64,000 nucleotides of DNA from Girardia tigrina (taxonomy: Eukaryota): contig MQRK01199219.1 of assembly GCA_001938485.1 (NCBI GenBank), positions 4,475 to 68,474 of the forward strand, written 5' to 3'. Position 1 is the first letter of the stretch; every line of letters begins with the position of its first letter. The position numbers were made by a program, and so were the translations under genes. The notes under the pieces are model-generated. The model had not been told where the DNA came from. It saw only the letters and a list, made by a program, of their open reading frames with translations, and ran no database searches. Shown in pieces: positions 49,611 through 63,765 of the stretch.

Positions 49611-51570
49611 AAAAAATGTTTAAAGATAAATGTAAAAGAATATTTAGTTAAAGGTTTATTTATTTATAATTATTAAAAGGAAAACATTTATAATTTGTAA
49701 AAGATTTACTACTGACTGAGGGAAGAATATTTCCATGTGTTATCTAAAAAATAATTTTTAACAGGAGCACCTCAGCTATTCTGGTGGTCATACGGCAATT
49801 TATATAATATAAGATTTAAATTCTTAAAGAAATTTACAATTTAAAAAAATTATTAATAAGCAGACTCTTATAACTGTTCTTATTAAAGTATGAACAAGCT
49901 TTTATTGTAAAAAACCTTAACTTTTGAACACCTTTCAAACAGTCAATACAAAATAGTAAAAAAAATAAGTAACAAGAAAGTTTTTGGAAAGAAATAAATG
50001 TGTAAAAAATTACTGGTTTTTTACGAGGTCCCAAGGTACTTTAAATTAAATAATTAATTATACCTTATTGAAATGTTATTGGTTGATGAATGACATCCAA
50101 AGTTCAAAGCTTCCTCTCAAATAAATCGAAAATGATTTATGAATTGCTTATCTGGTTTATAAATTTAATTGCCACAGGTGTAAAAAATGATACATTGGAG
50201 AGACAAATCGTCATCTCAAAATCTGCATTAGTGAGCATTCACAATCAAGTCGACCGAGGAAGGTTCTTGATCATTGGTTACATTGTAAAAATAGAATCAT
50301 GTCTTTTTCAAAGTAAAGCAGTCTAAATTCTTAATATCGTCAATTAAAATAAAAAAATAATATTTACTGATAAATTGTCCCATTACTTAACATTTTATTA
50401 TCTCGCACATTACATTATAATTGATGATGATGGAAAATGAATTTCAAAACATTTACAATAATCAATTTCCTTAAAAATCTTTAACAAAATTATTCTTCAA
50501 AAGAAGTACATTAATGACTTACTCTAAATTCATTCGAATTCATTTCCTACTCAAACTTTTGAAGTCTCCACACAAAACTTTGTTTTTTTAACCGACTTTT
50601 ATGTGACTCATCTTACAACATAAAATAAAAATAATGTTACTAGTGAATAATATTAGTCCAAACAAAAATTGAAGTTTCCCTGTACCGGTAGACATTGATT
50701 AGCAACTTCCAAGGATGCGCTAAGCAACACTTTTCCTTCGTGTTCGGCTAAATAAAGATTATTAGCTTGTTACATCCTCTTAGAAACCACATGTTCGACA
50801 TTCCTACTGTGCAGTCTCCCTATGAACCAGTCCCTGGGTGCCTTCCCAACATTACCCCAAACACAAATTAAGTCGGCTTATTTCTTTCTAATCTCAATTC
50901 GATCGGGAGTAAATCTATTTTTTAACAAATTTATTAAGTGTAAAGTCCAATTTCTCAATTTTAATGAAGAATATTAAAAAGTTTGTTCTTTAAATGAATT
51001 TTAGAGTTTAAATAAATAAAATTTTGATCCGGTTTAACAATTAGACGGACAAAAAGACGAAAAATAGAGAAAAATAATTTTAATTTATTTAAATTATTTT
51101 CTTTTCTATCAATTTGTAAACATTATTAATCATATCGATCTTATTTATATTTTATACAAAATAATAATCAGTTTTAATTAAAAGACGAATAGAGAAATTA
51201 AATAATTAATTAATTACAAAAAAATTCAATTAATTATTTTATATTTTTTTAAATAGAATTTTTTACACTAATTTAAACATTTATATAATTACAAAATATT
51301 TTAATTATATATTAATTTATATAATGTAATAGAAACAAATAATTCTTCTTTTCTTACGAAGCAACACTGTTCCATTGAGCAATACCTTCAACTTTTCATT
51401 ATCTTCATGTAAACCTATAAGTCTTATTTGTGACTTTTGCCTTAGCTTTGTACTTTACTTCATATCTATTACATTTTTGCGAATAATAGGTTTTGAGAAC
51501 AGGTAAATCAAGTAAGTAAAGGAAATAGAAAACGACCATCATGTACTAAGGCGTAAAGCTTGTTATTGTA

Positions 51571-52845
51571 CAGGGTGCGGCAGCTATTTGAGAACAAAAT
51601 GACATAAAGTTCAAAAAATGAATATACAACAGAAAAATAACATTTATTACAATTTGAAATTTTACATATATTAACACGTACATAAAGGACTACATCATTN
51701 NNNNNNNNNNNNNNNNNNNNNNNNNNNNNNNNNNNNNNNNNNNNNNNNNNNNNNNNNNNNNNNNNNNNNNNNNNNNNNNNNNNNNNNNNNNNNNNNNNNN
51801 NNNNNNNNNNNNNNNNNNNNNNNNNNNNNNNNNNNNNNNNNNNNNNNNNNNNNNNNNNNNNNNNNNNNNNNNNNNNNNNNNNNNNNNNNNNNNNNNNNNN
51901 NNNNNNNNNNNNNNNNNNNNNNNNNNNNNNNNNNNNNNNNNNNNNNNNNNNNNNNNNNNNNNNNNNNNNNNNNNNNNNNNNNNNNNNNNNNNNNNNNNNN
52001 NNNNNNNNNNNNNNNNNNNNNNNNNNNNNNNNNNNNNNNNNNNNNNNNNNNNNNNNNNNNNNNNNNNNNNNNNNNNNNNNNNNNNNNNNNNNNNNNNNNN
52101 NNNNNNNNNNNNNNNNNNNNNNNNNNNNNNNNNNNNNNNNNNNNNNNNNNNNNNNNNNNNNNNNNNNNNNNNNNNNNNNNNNNNNNNNNNNNNNNNNNNN
52201 NNNNNNNNNNNNNNNNNNNNNNNNNNNNNNNNNNNNNNNNNNNNNNNNNNNNNNNNNNNNNNNNNNNNNNNNNNNNNNNNNNNNNNNNNNNNNNNNNNNN
52301 NNNNNNNNNNNNNNNNNNNNNNNNNNNNNNNNNNNNNNNNNNNNNNNNNNNNNNNNNNNNNNNNNNNNNNNNNNNNNNNNNNNNNNNNNNNNNNNNNNNN
52401 NNNNNNNNNNNNNNNNNNNNNNNNNNNNNNNNNNNNNNNNNNNNNNNNNNNNNNNNNNNNNNNNNNNNNNNNNNNNNNNNNNNNNNNNNNNNNNNNNNNN
52501 NNNNNNNNNNNNNNNNNNNNNNNNNNNNNNNNNNNNNNNNNNNNNNNNNNNNNNNNNNCGAACGTCTACAAACTTGTTTCCGTTGCGAAGCTTCAGCCCC
52601 ATCACCCTTCGCAGCTCCTAATTCTGTACGAACTTTAAAAACAAACGACCGGGCGACTTTCAAAAATGTAGCAATTCTGAATCGGTGTGTCCTGCAGCTA
52701 ATGACACAATAACTGCATGCCTTTTCATTTCATTCGTAAGAGTAGCTTCTGCCATGACTACCAGCAAAAATAAAATTATGTAATTATAACACACAAAAAG
52801 ATATGGTGTCTATATTACGTGTTCTCAAATAGCTGCCGCACCCTG
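51571..52845 (-). mobile_element. Second copy of the DD37D/maT-like element; 859-N gap
   Basis: Perfect ~26-bp TIR cagggtgcggcagctatttgagaaca, TA TSD; N-terminus MAEATLTNEMKRHAVIVSLAAGHTDSE-(frameshift)-ATFLKVARSFVFKVRTEL. The catalytic domain is hidden, so the family call is inferred. Confidence 0.85.
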
Positions 52846-53065
52846 TACATGTTCGAGAATCGAAGTGATTTGAGATGTTAATTGCCTCTTTCTTTCTTTC
52901 TTTTTTTCTTGTATGAATCCGTTTCTGGACACTGTGGACGAGGTCCATTTCACCTAGCGCTGGAGGTGACCAAACGATTTGATTGTCATATTGTTGACAT
53001 TTGCGCATGTATTATAAATTATTTTCTTTGTATTACTTTAGTCTATTTTTATCGATTGTAAATAT

Positions 53066-53445
53066 CAGAGGCGTAGTAAGGAAAAATTGCGCCATGTGCG
53101 AAGTTCAAATCTGGCGCCCCCAGCGCGAAAAAGATTTACTACTACAAATTATGCCTTAAAATAATTAAATTGACTTTGGACGTTCGTATTCACATGCTCT
53201 ATGACGCAGCATTGACGCTTAAGCCTTGCATCGCGTAGCTATAAGAAAACATCAATTTATTAAGATAAATTCATGAATCCTTTGCCATTAAACAAAAAAG
53301 ACTGCTATAATTATTATTATGAAATTTTGTTTTATAACTTTTCAACTTTAATATATAATAAAAACAAACAAAATTAAAATTGGTCATTTTGCGATTTTGG
53401 CGCCCATGCGCCCGGTACGACCGCACAGCCCTCACTACGGCTCTG
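53066..53445. mobile_element. hAT-type MITE
   Basis: TIR cagaggcgtagt / actacggctctg; perfect 8-bp TSD GTAAATAT; subterminal ggcgccc motifs. Confidence 0.9.
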
Positions 53446-54438
53446 GTAAATATGGTTTAATGTAAACTTTTATGATTAATTTTATGTATTTAATTATGTA
53501 TATTTGTACTTAGTGTTTATCAGAAATTTGATTATTTTTCATAGGTAATAAATTACAAATTTGTTAAAAAAATAAATAGTAAAAATTTAGAAATCTTTTA
53601 TGGTTTTGTTTCAATGTTTTGTTGAGCCGAAAATGTTTTCGTTTTGAATAAAACGTATAAGCGTAGTTTTGTGTTTTGAATTGTTATTGTTAGAGATTGT
53701 TTTATTTGAGCGATAGTCACAGACATCAGCAAATTGACTTCCAAAACTTTCATGGAAATGCTTGATAAAAGCAATATTTGGCTGGTTTAGATTGCTAGAG
53801 AATTGAATTTTTAAGCAAAAATGATTTTTTATTTGAATCCATCGACTGTACATAATTTAACGTGGCGACATTGACAAAATTGACTTTAATAAAATCAATA
53901 TGGGTTTGAGGATGACAGTAAAATGACGAATTTTGAAATTGAATAAATTTTTCTTGATTTTTACTAAGATAAAAATGCGAAAGCGGGATTTCCCGATTCC
54001 CTAACTGGACAGATCGGTGCTAGAAGGAAGGCTCCATAAGGAAGTTTTGGGCTGCAGTTGTCTCGGGGAGTAGGATCAGATTGAGGAAACAGAGTGGGAA
54101 GAATGTTCCTTTTTCATAATTCCCAGAGGCACGGATAGGTGATAGCTGCGGAGGAACGTCTCAATGGTGGTACAACATTCACGCTGTGATTAATACAAAC
54201 CTTTCTCTTGGAAAATACAATGTTTCTACTTTCATTGTCATTTGAGGATTGAGATCTGCAGACCATTGAATCAGAAGTATTTCAAAAAAATTAATGGTAA
54301 AAAATTTATTATTTTCAGTAATAAAAAAATACTATCAGGATTCTACAACATTGCGAATAATACTACAGGTTTATGATGGTTGAGAACCACTGATCTAGAA
54401 AATACATTAATCTGCGTTTTTAAACTAATTTTTGGAAT

Positions 54439-55109
54439 TGAGAAGAATATTTAAAATTTAGTATTTTGCAATGTGTTTTTCCCACCCAAATGAGAAATTA
54501 GTATTTTAGATGTTCGTGATTTCAAATTTTTTAGTTTGATTTAAATTTTAAATCTTATCATAATATATTTAAAAACTTAATCTGTTAAAATAAAATTTTG
54601 TTAAAATAAAAATGTTTAAACTATTTTTTAACCGATTGAATAAAAGTTTTTAAATAAAAATCATTTAAGTAGTTTTTAAGTAAAAGTTAAGATGAAATTA
54701 TTAAATTGATTACCGTAAATTCCGGACTATAAGCCGCACTTAAAAACCTGAAATGAGTCATACTATAAGAGTTGCGGCTTATACGTTTTTATAATTTTTT
54801 AATTTGTTTTATAGTGTTTATAATGTTTTTTTATATAATGTCATAGTTTATAATGTTTTTTTTGCTTATAATACGGAAATTACGGTAATTAGAATTTTGA
54901 AAAATGAAATCGTTTAAATCAATTTAAATGTGTTAAATGGAAATCATTGTTCGAAAAATTATTTTAAAACGATTATTATAAAATCTTATTAATTAATTTC
55001 GATGTCAACTGACGAAAGTTTTGTTGTTAGACAATTAGACAATTAAGTCCATGAGACAATTAGAATTGTTTTACTAATAAAAATATTTAGTCATATAGTG
55101 TTCTTAAAA
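54439..55109 (+). mobile_element. Solo-LTR-like element, TGTGAGG family, carrying a MITE
   Basis: TGAGAAGAATATT ... GTGTTCTTAAAA; perfect 5-bp TSD GGAAT; motif tttcccacccaaatga; 3' block cgatgtc...acgaaagttttg shared with the 12045 and 59519 copies. Confidence 0.8.
54713..54885. mobile_element. pogo/Tigger-like MITE
   Basis: TA|ccgtaaattccggactataag ... cttataatacggaaattacgg|TA; inner IR tataagccgca / tgcggcttata. Confidence 0.8.
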
Positions 55110-55482
55110 GGAATATTTTAATGTAATCTTAATAATCGATATTTTTGACTTTAAATATCAGATAGGAAATACTTATCGAAATTCATTTTAACTCAAGATC
55201 ACTTAAGAAAGAATAGATAAGTAAAACATATTTTTATTTTTTTTACATTTTAACATCTAAATATTGATTTCTTTCAATTGTTTTTTCGTTTTTGGTGGAA
55301 ACTAAAAAAAATTAAAAAATGTATATATTATTTTACAATTTTTTATTTAAATTATTCTTAGAAAACATGCACGAAGTTGCTATTGTTGTGGTCTTTGAAA
55401 GACAAATACTATGTTTTTGATACTTGAAACCCAATACTTTCAATTGCATATCAGATTTTATAAACGATCCTTTAGTTATAGT

Positions 55483-55964
55483 CGTTAAGAGTTGTTAATG
55501 ATGATTATTTGAACAATTTTTTTAGATCTTTCTAAAATATTTTTTATCTTTTAATTTCCAAAAATATTTATTTAAATTAATAATTTTAACTATTACATTA
55601 TAAGAACTCTAAATAAATTAAAATTTTTGATCATATTGTACAAAATGAATTTAAATTTAAATTTCATTATATTAAACTTTCTAGACACAAATATATTATA
55701 AAAGCTCTACTTTAAAATTTTCTAAACTTATAAAAATATCTTTTAATTAAAATATTTAAATTCGATTTTAATTGCTAATTTCAAAATTTTAAACTTATTA
55801 TTATCATTATTATTATTTTATGTTCGAATAGTCAATCGCCATAAACACAAAAGAATACCAATTTCCATCTGGGTGGGAGAATCACCATTTAAGTTCAACA
55901 TACTCTTATCAACATACATCATTCATACATTCACACATTCATACAATTTAAAATATTCTTCACA
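55483..55964 (-). mobile_element. Solo-LTR-like element, TGTGAGG family
   Basis: Minus strand TGTGAAGAATATT ... gattctcccacccagatggaaattgg ... ctcttaacg; TSD only 3/5 (atagt/actgt), so the 3' end is tentative. Confidence 0.7.
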
Positions 55965-57299
55965 ACTGTAAAGCTTAAAGAATACTTCTTCGAAGATTAA
56001 ACTATTACGATCTAAGGATGTTTGAGGAGGAAAGAGAGACGAAAGTTTTTAATGATTATTGTCAAACCTACATCTTCTTCTCTAAAGTACCCTCCCTGTT
56101 TCTATTCTTCACTGGATTCTAAAACAGATAAAAGAATAATTTTCTTGATGAATTCGTTTATCTTCATTAATTTATCTTAATTAATTAATTTTTATTTAAT
56201 TAGTTTTAAATATTGATTCGATTCATATTGATTAATTGTTGTTGTAAAATCTCAAAGTTAATTTGTTAATAAATTTCTCTGTTTAAATGTCAAAAGCAAA
56301 AAGATCAAAGAAAATATGTTATAAAATGTTGTAATAAAAGAATGTTAATCAGTTAATTAATAATTTTTATTTAAATGAATAAAATAAAATCAAAAATCGT
56401 ATAAAACTAATTAATTAAGAATTTTTTTGGTTTGAAAACAATTCCTAAATTTATTAAAAAAATCATTTTTAATTAATTAAAAAAACCATTAACAAGCTTT
56501 TTTCGTAAATTATTTTTAATATTTTATATTTTTCAAAAGAAAATTATTCTTTTTAAAAGCCTGAAAAGAGGATTAAGTGGAATACGAAATTTAACCGGAA
56601 CCGGAAATTAAAAGTTACAGAATAATATTTAACAGAACTAAATCATAAAAAAATGCTAGAAGGGAAGTGTTATATTTTTTTGATAGAGAATATTAGAAAT
56701 TTTTAAATAATTAAAAAATTTAAATTATTTTGCATATACATGAGAATTTTAAATAAATTTTTGATAAAGCAAGTTATAAAAAAATATTTTAGGACATATT
56801 TCAATTATTTATTTATTGTATTTTATTATTTATTTTAATTTGAAATTTTTGGATTATGAAAATAAAAAAAATATTTTTTATAAAGGTAGTTTAACTTTTC
56901 CAATTTTGAATATTAATTATAAATAAAACCAAAAATTAATATTAATATAATTAATTAAAAGGAAAAAGTAAAATGATTTCTATATTAAATATTTTAATTA
57001 TTTTTTTGATTTTTTTTCATTCCAAAATTAAATTAAATCTCATTTAACTTTATATTCATTATATAAAATTGATAAAAAGTTTAATTGAGGTATTTGGAAA
57101 ATATAAACATAGTATATCTTCTGATGTTTTTAATATAAAATTAAATAAATATAAATAATTAAAAATATTAAAAATAAAATTAAAGTAAATTATTATTGTA
57201 TTATAACGGGAAAAGTACTTTTTTAAATGTTATAAGAATTAAGTCGGCTTTACTTTCCAAATTTTGAAAAATTATTTTTGGAGAATGTCTAATCAATAG

Positions 57300-58850
57300 A
57301 GATTCTCAGACATTGCTCACGTAATGTGAATCATAACTTTTTGGTAAAATATATCACTCAACTTTTGAAATGGATGAGATTCTATTGGTACACCATAATT
57401 GTTTTTAAGTGCGTTGTCCCATTGACTCAATAATGTAGATTTGTGGGAGCAAGATTTGTTTTCCTAATGCACGAGTTTTGAAAATGTTAACATTTACTTT
57501 TACATAGCAGATTAGCTTGCAATCCACAAACAGTTTCGATTTATTTGAGTGGAGACCTTACACTTTGGATGTGATTGAAACTATTTTGGCACTACTTACT
57601 TTTCAGTAGATACTGTTTTAGTTTATCTAAACCTGTATTTATCAATAAAGATGCTATCGCACATGGGCGATGTTTTGAATGAATGAAAAGAATGGGGTAA
57701 TTTGGGATATCAATGTGACTGTGAGGGATAATTTGGAATGTTGTAAGTTTGTTGTTTGTATGCTGTTTAGATTTGTGACTCTCCTACTCAGATGGGATTG
57801 ATATGTTTATTGAATGATTATTTGAATCTAATGAAATTAATTTAATGATATTAATTTTAAGTAATAATTAATTAAAGTTTGATAATTATGAATTTTATTA
57901 ATATTTTCAGTAAACGATTTTAACTTATTAAATTTAATATATTTTAAAAATTAATGTTTATTTAAAAAATTACATAATGTATTTTTACCCAATAAAATTA
58001 TGAGAAATTAAAATGTAATATTAAAATTTCCCATTTATTGATTTTTTCATATTTGAATATTTAATCAAAAACTATATCAATCAAAGAAAGATGCTCTCTG
58101 AAAATTGTTGTGAAGAATCTGTTTGTGTTGTAAATAAATGTTTGCATTCAAATTGTGATGTTGTTAATAGTGGCAATGTAGGGACTGCATTATAATTTTA
58201 ATAGCTATTATAAATGTAAGTGATCAATCATTTAGCATTTACTTCAGAAACATATCCCAGTCAAAAAGCTCTACAGCAACCATTACTTACTATCGACACA
58301 CTCTGACAAAGAGGACATTTACAAAGAGTATTTCAAAGCTTTTCTGGAAGATCACAATAGGCGCTATTTCCTGTCTGGATCCCTTATAGCACTGGGTTGT
58401 AAATGTTTTATGTCCTAATTTTCATACTTCTTTCAAAATCATCACCCGAGACGTTGAAAAATCAGAACAAACGGTAAAATTTTTCATTGCGTTTGGCAAC
58501 TATAGTAATAAAACATTCCACCATCATTTGCCACCACACGCAAGTACGCTTATTGTCGTCCTACGGCATCATGTTACTGTCCGAAAATGAGGGGGCCTTA
58601 CTTTCTTCTAGAGATTGATTAGTATTCAGATGCATGACTACTATCTGGCCGACATCTAACGAAAATCGCATGTACTGAATTTGTCATTGAAAGTAGCACA
58701 GTTACCCTTAAGAACGGGAAAAAGCCGTCACTTTCTTAGTTAAAAAAGGTTTTCTTCACAAAACTCGATATCCGTGACAGAAATGACCTGCATATTGTTT
58801 TACCAGCCTCAAATCACGCATCACGACCGTTACTAGTGAGCATCAGGACT
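57300..58850 (-). pseudogene. Possible heavily decayed Merlin/ISXO2-like transposase split by a solo LTR
   Basis: Faint motifs on the minus strand (IIESM cf. TIESLW; SFSDSN cf. SFFxxSN) on both sides of the 57720 LTR. Many stops. Confidence 0.25.
57720..58169 (+). mobile_element. Solo-LTR-like element, TGTGAGG family
   Basis: TGTGAGGGATAAT ... AATAAA ... TTGTTAATA; 5-bp TSD gtgac/gtggc; motif gactctcctactcagatgg. Confidence 0.85.
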
Positions 58851-59518
58851 GAAGGTCCAAATATGATCAGAAATTCTCTTGGAACTAATTGTCCATGTTG
58901 AAATTTTAATAGAACGGAAATATAATTTTTGTCGACTTCTGTTGATGGTCACAAATTCATTTAATAAAGAAAAATATTTTTATTTATCTTAATTAATTAT
59001 TTATACATGTTAATATCGGTGACCTGATGATAAATATGATATAAATTGGTTGTGGGTCGCTAATAAATTTTACAATTATAAATATCGGTCAGGTTGATGT
59101 TCGAAAAAGAGGTTAAGTTTCAATGGTATATAGGATATCTTAGTGATGTATATGCCATATTTAATGATTTATTCTTTATATCATTTCTCGACCTGGCTTT
59201 GTGTACATAATTTGTTCGATCTAACCTTACTGGTGTACCTATTTGTTGGTTTGTATCGTTAGGTGCGCTCTCAAAATAAAAAAAACGAATTCTAAACATT
59301 GTGAATTTGTTCTTTTATCATAACATCTATAACTCTTTGGTGCTTTAACCTTTATGTTTTACCTTTCTCTATACTCTCGTTGTATATCCTTAAGTCATTC
59401 TAGTGAAAAGAATGTCAACAAAAATATATTTATTATTTAATTTCAATTCTGTAGAAAATATGCAGTCAACATCTCTTAAGCAACACCGGTCTTTTGACAG
59501 AATATTTATCAATATGAT

Positions 59519-59992
59519 TATTAAGAACACTACTGTGATTTCCAATACTTTTATTGACATCACAACTCCAGTCACCTCCAGACAATCTTCTCCACAAAAC
59601 TTTCGTAGTTGGACATCACTCTTGATTGATAAATTTTTAAATCCATTTCTAAATCTCTAATTATTCGAGCAAATTTAAATTACGATTCCTTACTAAAATA
59701 TTTTCAAATTATTTTTAAATAAATTTTAAATACCTTATTGATGATTAAATCAATCTTTACGTTATAATCCACTATTAAAATATTTAAAATCCCTTTCAAT
59801 TGGATTTAAAAGTTTTGATTAAAATATATTAAATTAATTTTAAAATTTTGATTTACATTTCAAACTTTTCCGAATAATTCGACGTTACAAACCATTCAAA
59901 ACATCAATCTTTCTTCTGGTGGAGAATCACAATCCTAAAACAACATACCAAACACAACATACAATAAACACTTTACGAAAATATTTCTCACG
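59519..59992 (-). mobile_element. Solo-LTR-like element, TGTGAGG family
   Basis: Minus strand CGTGAGAAATATT ... GTGTTCTTAATA; perfect 5-bp TSD ATGAT; motif gattctccaccagaag. Confidence 0.82.
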
Positions 59993-60719
59993 ATGATCTT
60001 CGACGGATTCCGTAAAAGTTGAAACAAAAGATAATACCACATTTAAAATTTATAATGGATCATATAAATTTTAATTTGGGCATGTTAGAAATTATTTGTA
60101 TAAATTTAATAAAATTTAATCATATAACATATAATATAACGTCATATATTCGATGAGTCTTAAGCATTTATTTAAATCCGTTCTTAACACTTGTAATATA
60201 TTTGATATATAAATATTAATTTATGATCCATTAATCACATTTAAATGCTTTTCTAATCATAATTAATACATCAAACAATATGTCATCGGCTAACTGAAAG
60301 CTTTTATGTTGTACTTATATGTTATTAGTTCTTGAAACGATGTTTAACTACCCTTGACCGATTATATGTCACCATATTTTATTGTTTATGAACGCTAACG
60401 TGTCGGTGACACGACGAGCAATAAAACAGTAACAGGAAAACAATTTTTTGCAAAGGTTTCATACTCTCCTTCTCATGCGAGACAGTGAGAAAAAGAATAT
60501 TCTCTTACCATGGACAGACATTTCTTAGTTCTATTTTATCGACTGTTAAATCAAATATAAATTCATTCTTCTTTCGAAATGTTTGAGAAACCTGACCTTT
60601 TACAGATGAAACGTTTTGTTTCTACGTCACTATCGTCATCATCAAGTTGAGTAGTTGATTGTGAATTAAAAAACAAACTTTTATATATTAGATCATCAAG
60701 TATGAAATTTGTAGAACTA

Positions 60720-61947
60720 AAGTCAAATATAAATATTTATGTCATTCATCAAAGTATGCACTAATATTATCGACATTCTTTAAACATTTCGGTGGCATCT
60801 TGGTGAGGTATTTTGAATAAAAATTTGATGGACGAAAATCTATTAATTCCTTGAAGGCCATTTTAATGGCATCTTCAGATTTAAATTTGTTTCATATCAA
60901 AAAGTTCATCAAATTGAGAAATAAATTAAAGTCAGTTGACGCTTAGTCTGGGAAGTATGAAGAAGGATGCAGAACTTCCAACTTAAGTGGAGTCAACCTG
61001 TAGTCTTGTCAAGGTCTTCAGTGCAGTCCGTGGTTTTGCATTATCGTAAAGCAAGATGTGAGTCAACCTGTTTACGAAGCGCGGCTGTTTTTCTTTACGT
61101 TTCCTCATCATATATTCATATTCGTTGCAGTGGACATCTACTATGAGCTAGGTTTCATGAAATCATAATGGATTACACCTATGACAGAACAAAAAAATAC
61201 CCACCATCAGCCTTTTTCGATTAAAGTTTGGATTTGAACTGTTTTGGTGCTTCATTCATGTCCATCTAACTTGCTGAACGTTTGTTATTATCATATTCAA
61301 TCCATATTTCATCACAAGTGATTATTCGATTCAAAAGTGATTACATTTATAATGAGAAAGCATCACCAAGCAAGGATCCAAACGCTTTTGTTTTTCCTTT
61401 TCATTCAACTCATGTCGAATCTACTTATCCAACATTTTCATTTTACCAATTTTAGCCAAGTGATTCTATATTGTTTGTTTTATAACAACAAACTTTATGA
61501 ATAAATTATGAGTAAAATATAATGGATCCGACTCCACAGTTACCTTCAGTTCACCATTATCTACCTTTGCTCTTGGATGACCCTGAGATTCATTATTGAG
61601 GTCAAAATTGCCTTTCATGAATTTCCTAAACTAATGTGAGACTATTTACTGCATAGTAGCATTTTATCCGAATACACAATTGATGCTTCGCATAGTTTCT
61701 TATGCTAAGGTTCCACATAGGAACTTAGACTTCATAATAGTTAAAATTTCTGTTTTTTTCAATTTTTAAAATACTGCTTATTAAAACAAGTTATCAATAA
61801 TTTTAATTAATTTTTACTGATGTATTCAATAGCCAAGATATGTAGCAATGAAAAAAAACTGAGCAATAAAATGTTAAGTCATTGTTAAATTGTAACTATT
61901 TGAATTTATTGTAATCATGCCTACAATTATCGTACTTGACGCCCTAA
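60720..61947 (-). mobile_element. Highly degenerate mariner
   Basis: Minus-strand remnants IITCDEIW, ILLYDNAKPRT, EVLHPS..PD*ASTDF; TIR-like end ...gacgccctaa|TA at 61947. Left boundary approximate. Confidence 0.75.
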
Positions 61948-62980
61948 TACATTAATGCAAAGTGCTGTGTAATCATTATGTCATCAAGGTTGTCGCTAAA
62001 TCGCTTCGTATGTTTATCTTCTTCTAATGAGATCAATTAAGAATTAATCAAATTTCTTCTTTATAGAGCTATAGACAAAATAAATGGAAGAGAGCACAAA
62101 TTTATTAAAATTGAACAAAAATGTTTATTTACAATCAAAAGTTTAACACAAAACACTCTCATAACACAACTGGAAAGCAAGTATGGATTTTAATTTATAT
62201 CAATGATATTTAAGCTAATCTTTAAGCTAAACTCTAAACAAAATCGATTAAGGTTATTATAGGATACTTGGATGATGGTAAATCATTTTCTCTTAACAAT
62301 TTGCCATGTGTTTTCTATGAGTATCAGCTCATAAGAATTTCCAGGGAAAATTTCGTGAAAAGTCATACGCATATACAATGTACTTTTTATGCTGTCAAGG
62401 TTACCTTTATCGTTGACATACAATCAGGGCAAAAGTGTCTCATTTATCGAAATTCACAGTAACAGGTTATGAAAATATAAACACTTTTTATGGAGAAACG
62501 TTAATAAATAATAGTTGACTAAGAAGGAGGTTACGCAACAAAATAACCCACATGGTTTATTGGAATCTTTTAAAAGAATATCGTAAGCATCTCTAGATGA
62601 CTTAACATTGTAATACTATTATTTCAATCGTTTTGTCCACAGATGCAAATGGCATTTTACATAGCTTTTATGGTTGGGTCTTTTTGAATTTGCAATTTTT
62701 ATATAAAAATTCTTTAGAGTGACTTTTATGAAAAATGAAATTTTCGTTAAATAAAAAAGAAATTTTTTACATTGCGATTATTGTCTTATCATTCTTGTAT
62801 CTATAGAGAGTTACGTTACCGGTACCGGGTTGACTTTGCAAAATGTTCATGAAAAACAGTTTGTGAAAGCTAAAATTACATGATCGGTCGACAAATGTGT
62901 AAGATAAAATATGACTGTAGCTGCTGTTTTGAAAACCAAGTATCATAATATTGTTTATAATTATTTAAACATTATCTTGG

Positions 62981-63017
<37 letters not shown>

Positions 63018-63229
63018 GGATCTTGGTACGTACGCAGAAAAATATTTCGGGGATATAATATTACGTAATATTTTCTACTTAATTGACTTTTATTTTGAGA
63101 GTTGAAAAAATCAAAATTTATTATTATTAAAATAATAAAATTTATAATACCATCGAAATTCCACATTTAATAACTTTTAGAAATAAAATTACATACATTT
63201 AAACAATAATTACAGAAGCATAAGTCTTC

Positions 63230-63700
63230 TTGGATTCTTCACTAAAGTATCAAAACTTCGTCAGTCTCTAAGAAAGCTCCTACTTCCTAGTGAATATTTA
63301 TAATAGCTGAGCCATTCAATCTCCGATTTGATGTCGTGTTTCATAAGTAAGTCTTGATTCTGCGTAATGTAGAAAAAAGTCGTTCAGATGTGGCTGTTGT
63401 TACTGGTAAAGTTGCAAATATTCAAGCGATGGATGAAGTCCATTGAAATATATTTTTGATTAATGCAATGATCCCTCCACATCGTCACTTCGCCAAAAAA
63501 GACTTCCTTAGTGCAATTAATATCACTTGGTTATTTTTCATTACTGGCTTCTATAGATACGAGAATTTCGTTATCTGCTGCATGTTTAATATTTTGAGGA
63601 AGAAAAATGTCTATGTTCTGCAAAATTAATATTCATTTAAAAAACGTAGAGGTGATTAAGATCATAAATAAAATTTTTCAGATGGGATTTTCTTAAATTT
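63230..63700 (-). pseudogene. hAT transposase C-terminal dimerisation-domain remnant
   Basis: IFATLPVTTATSERLFSTLRRIKTYL*NTTSNRRLNG matches the hAT dimerisation consensus. Confidence 0.85.
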
Positions 63701-63765
63701 GCAAAAAATAATTATTTTGAACAGTTCATATTTTAAACTTTAATATTTGAACTTATTCTTATTAA

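Noticed and set aside
41523-52663. Long poly-X ORFs in the track (also 16257-16583)
   Set aside because: Artefacts of translating N gaps; only the flanking transposase parts are real.
60480-60560. YSLTMDRHF resembling a piggyBac catalytic motif
   Set aside because: Single short motif with no supporting flanking homology.
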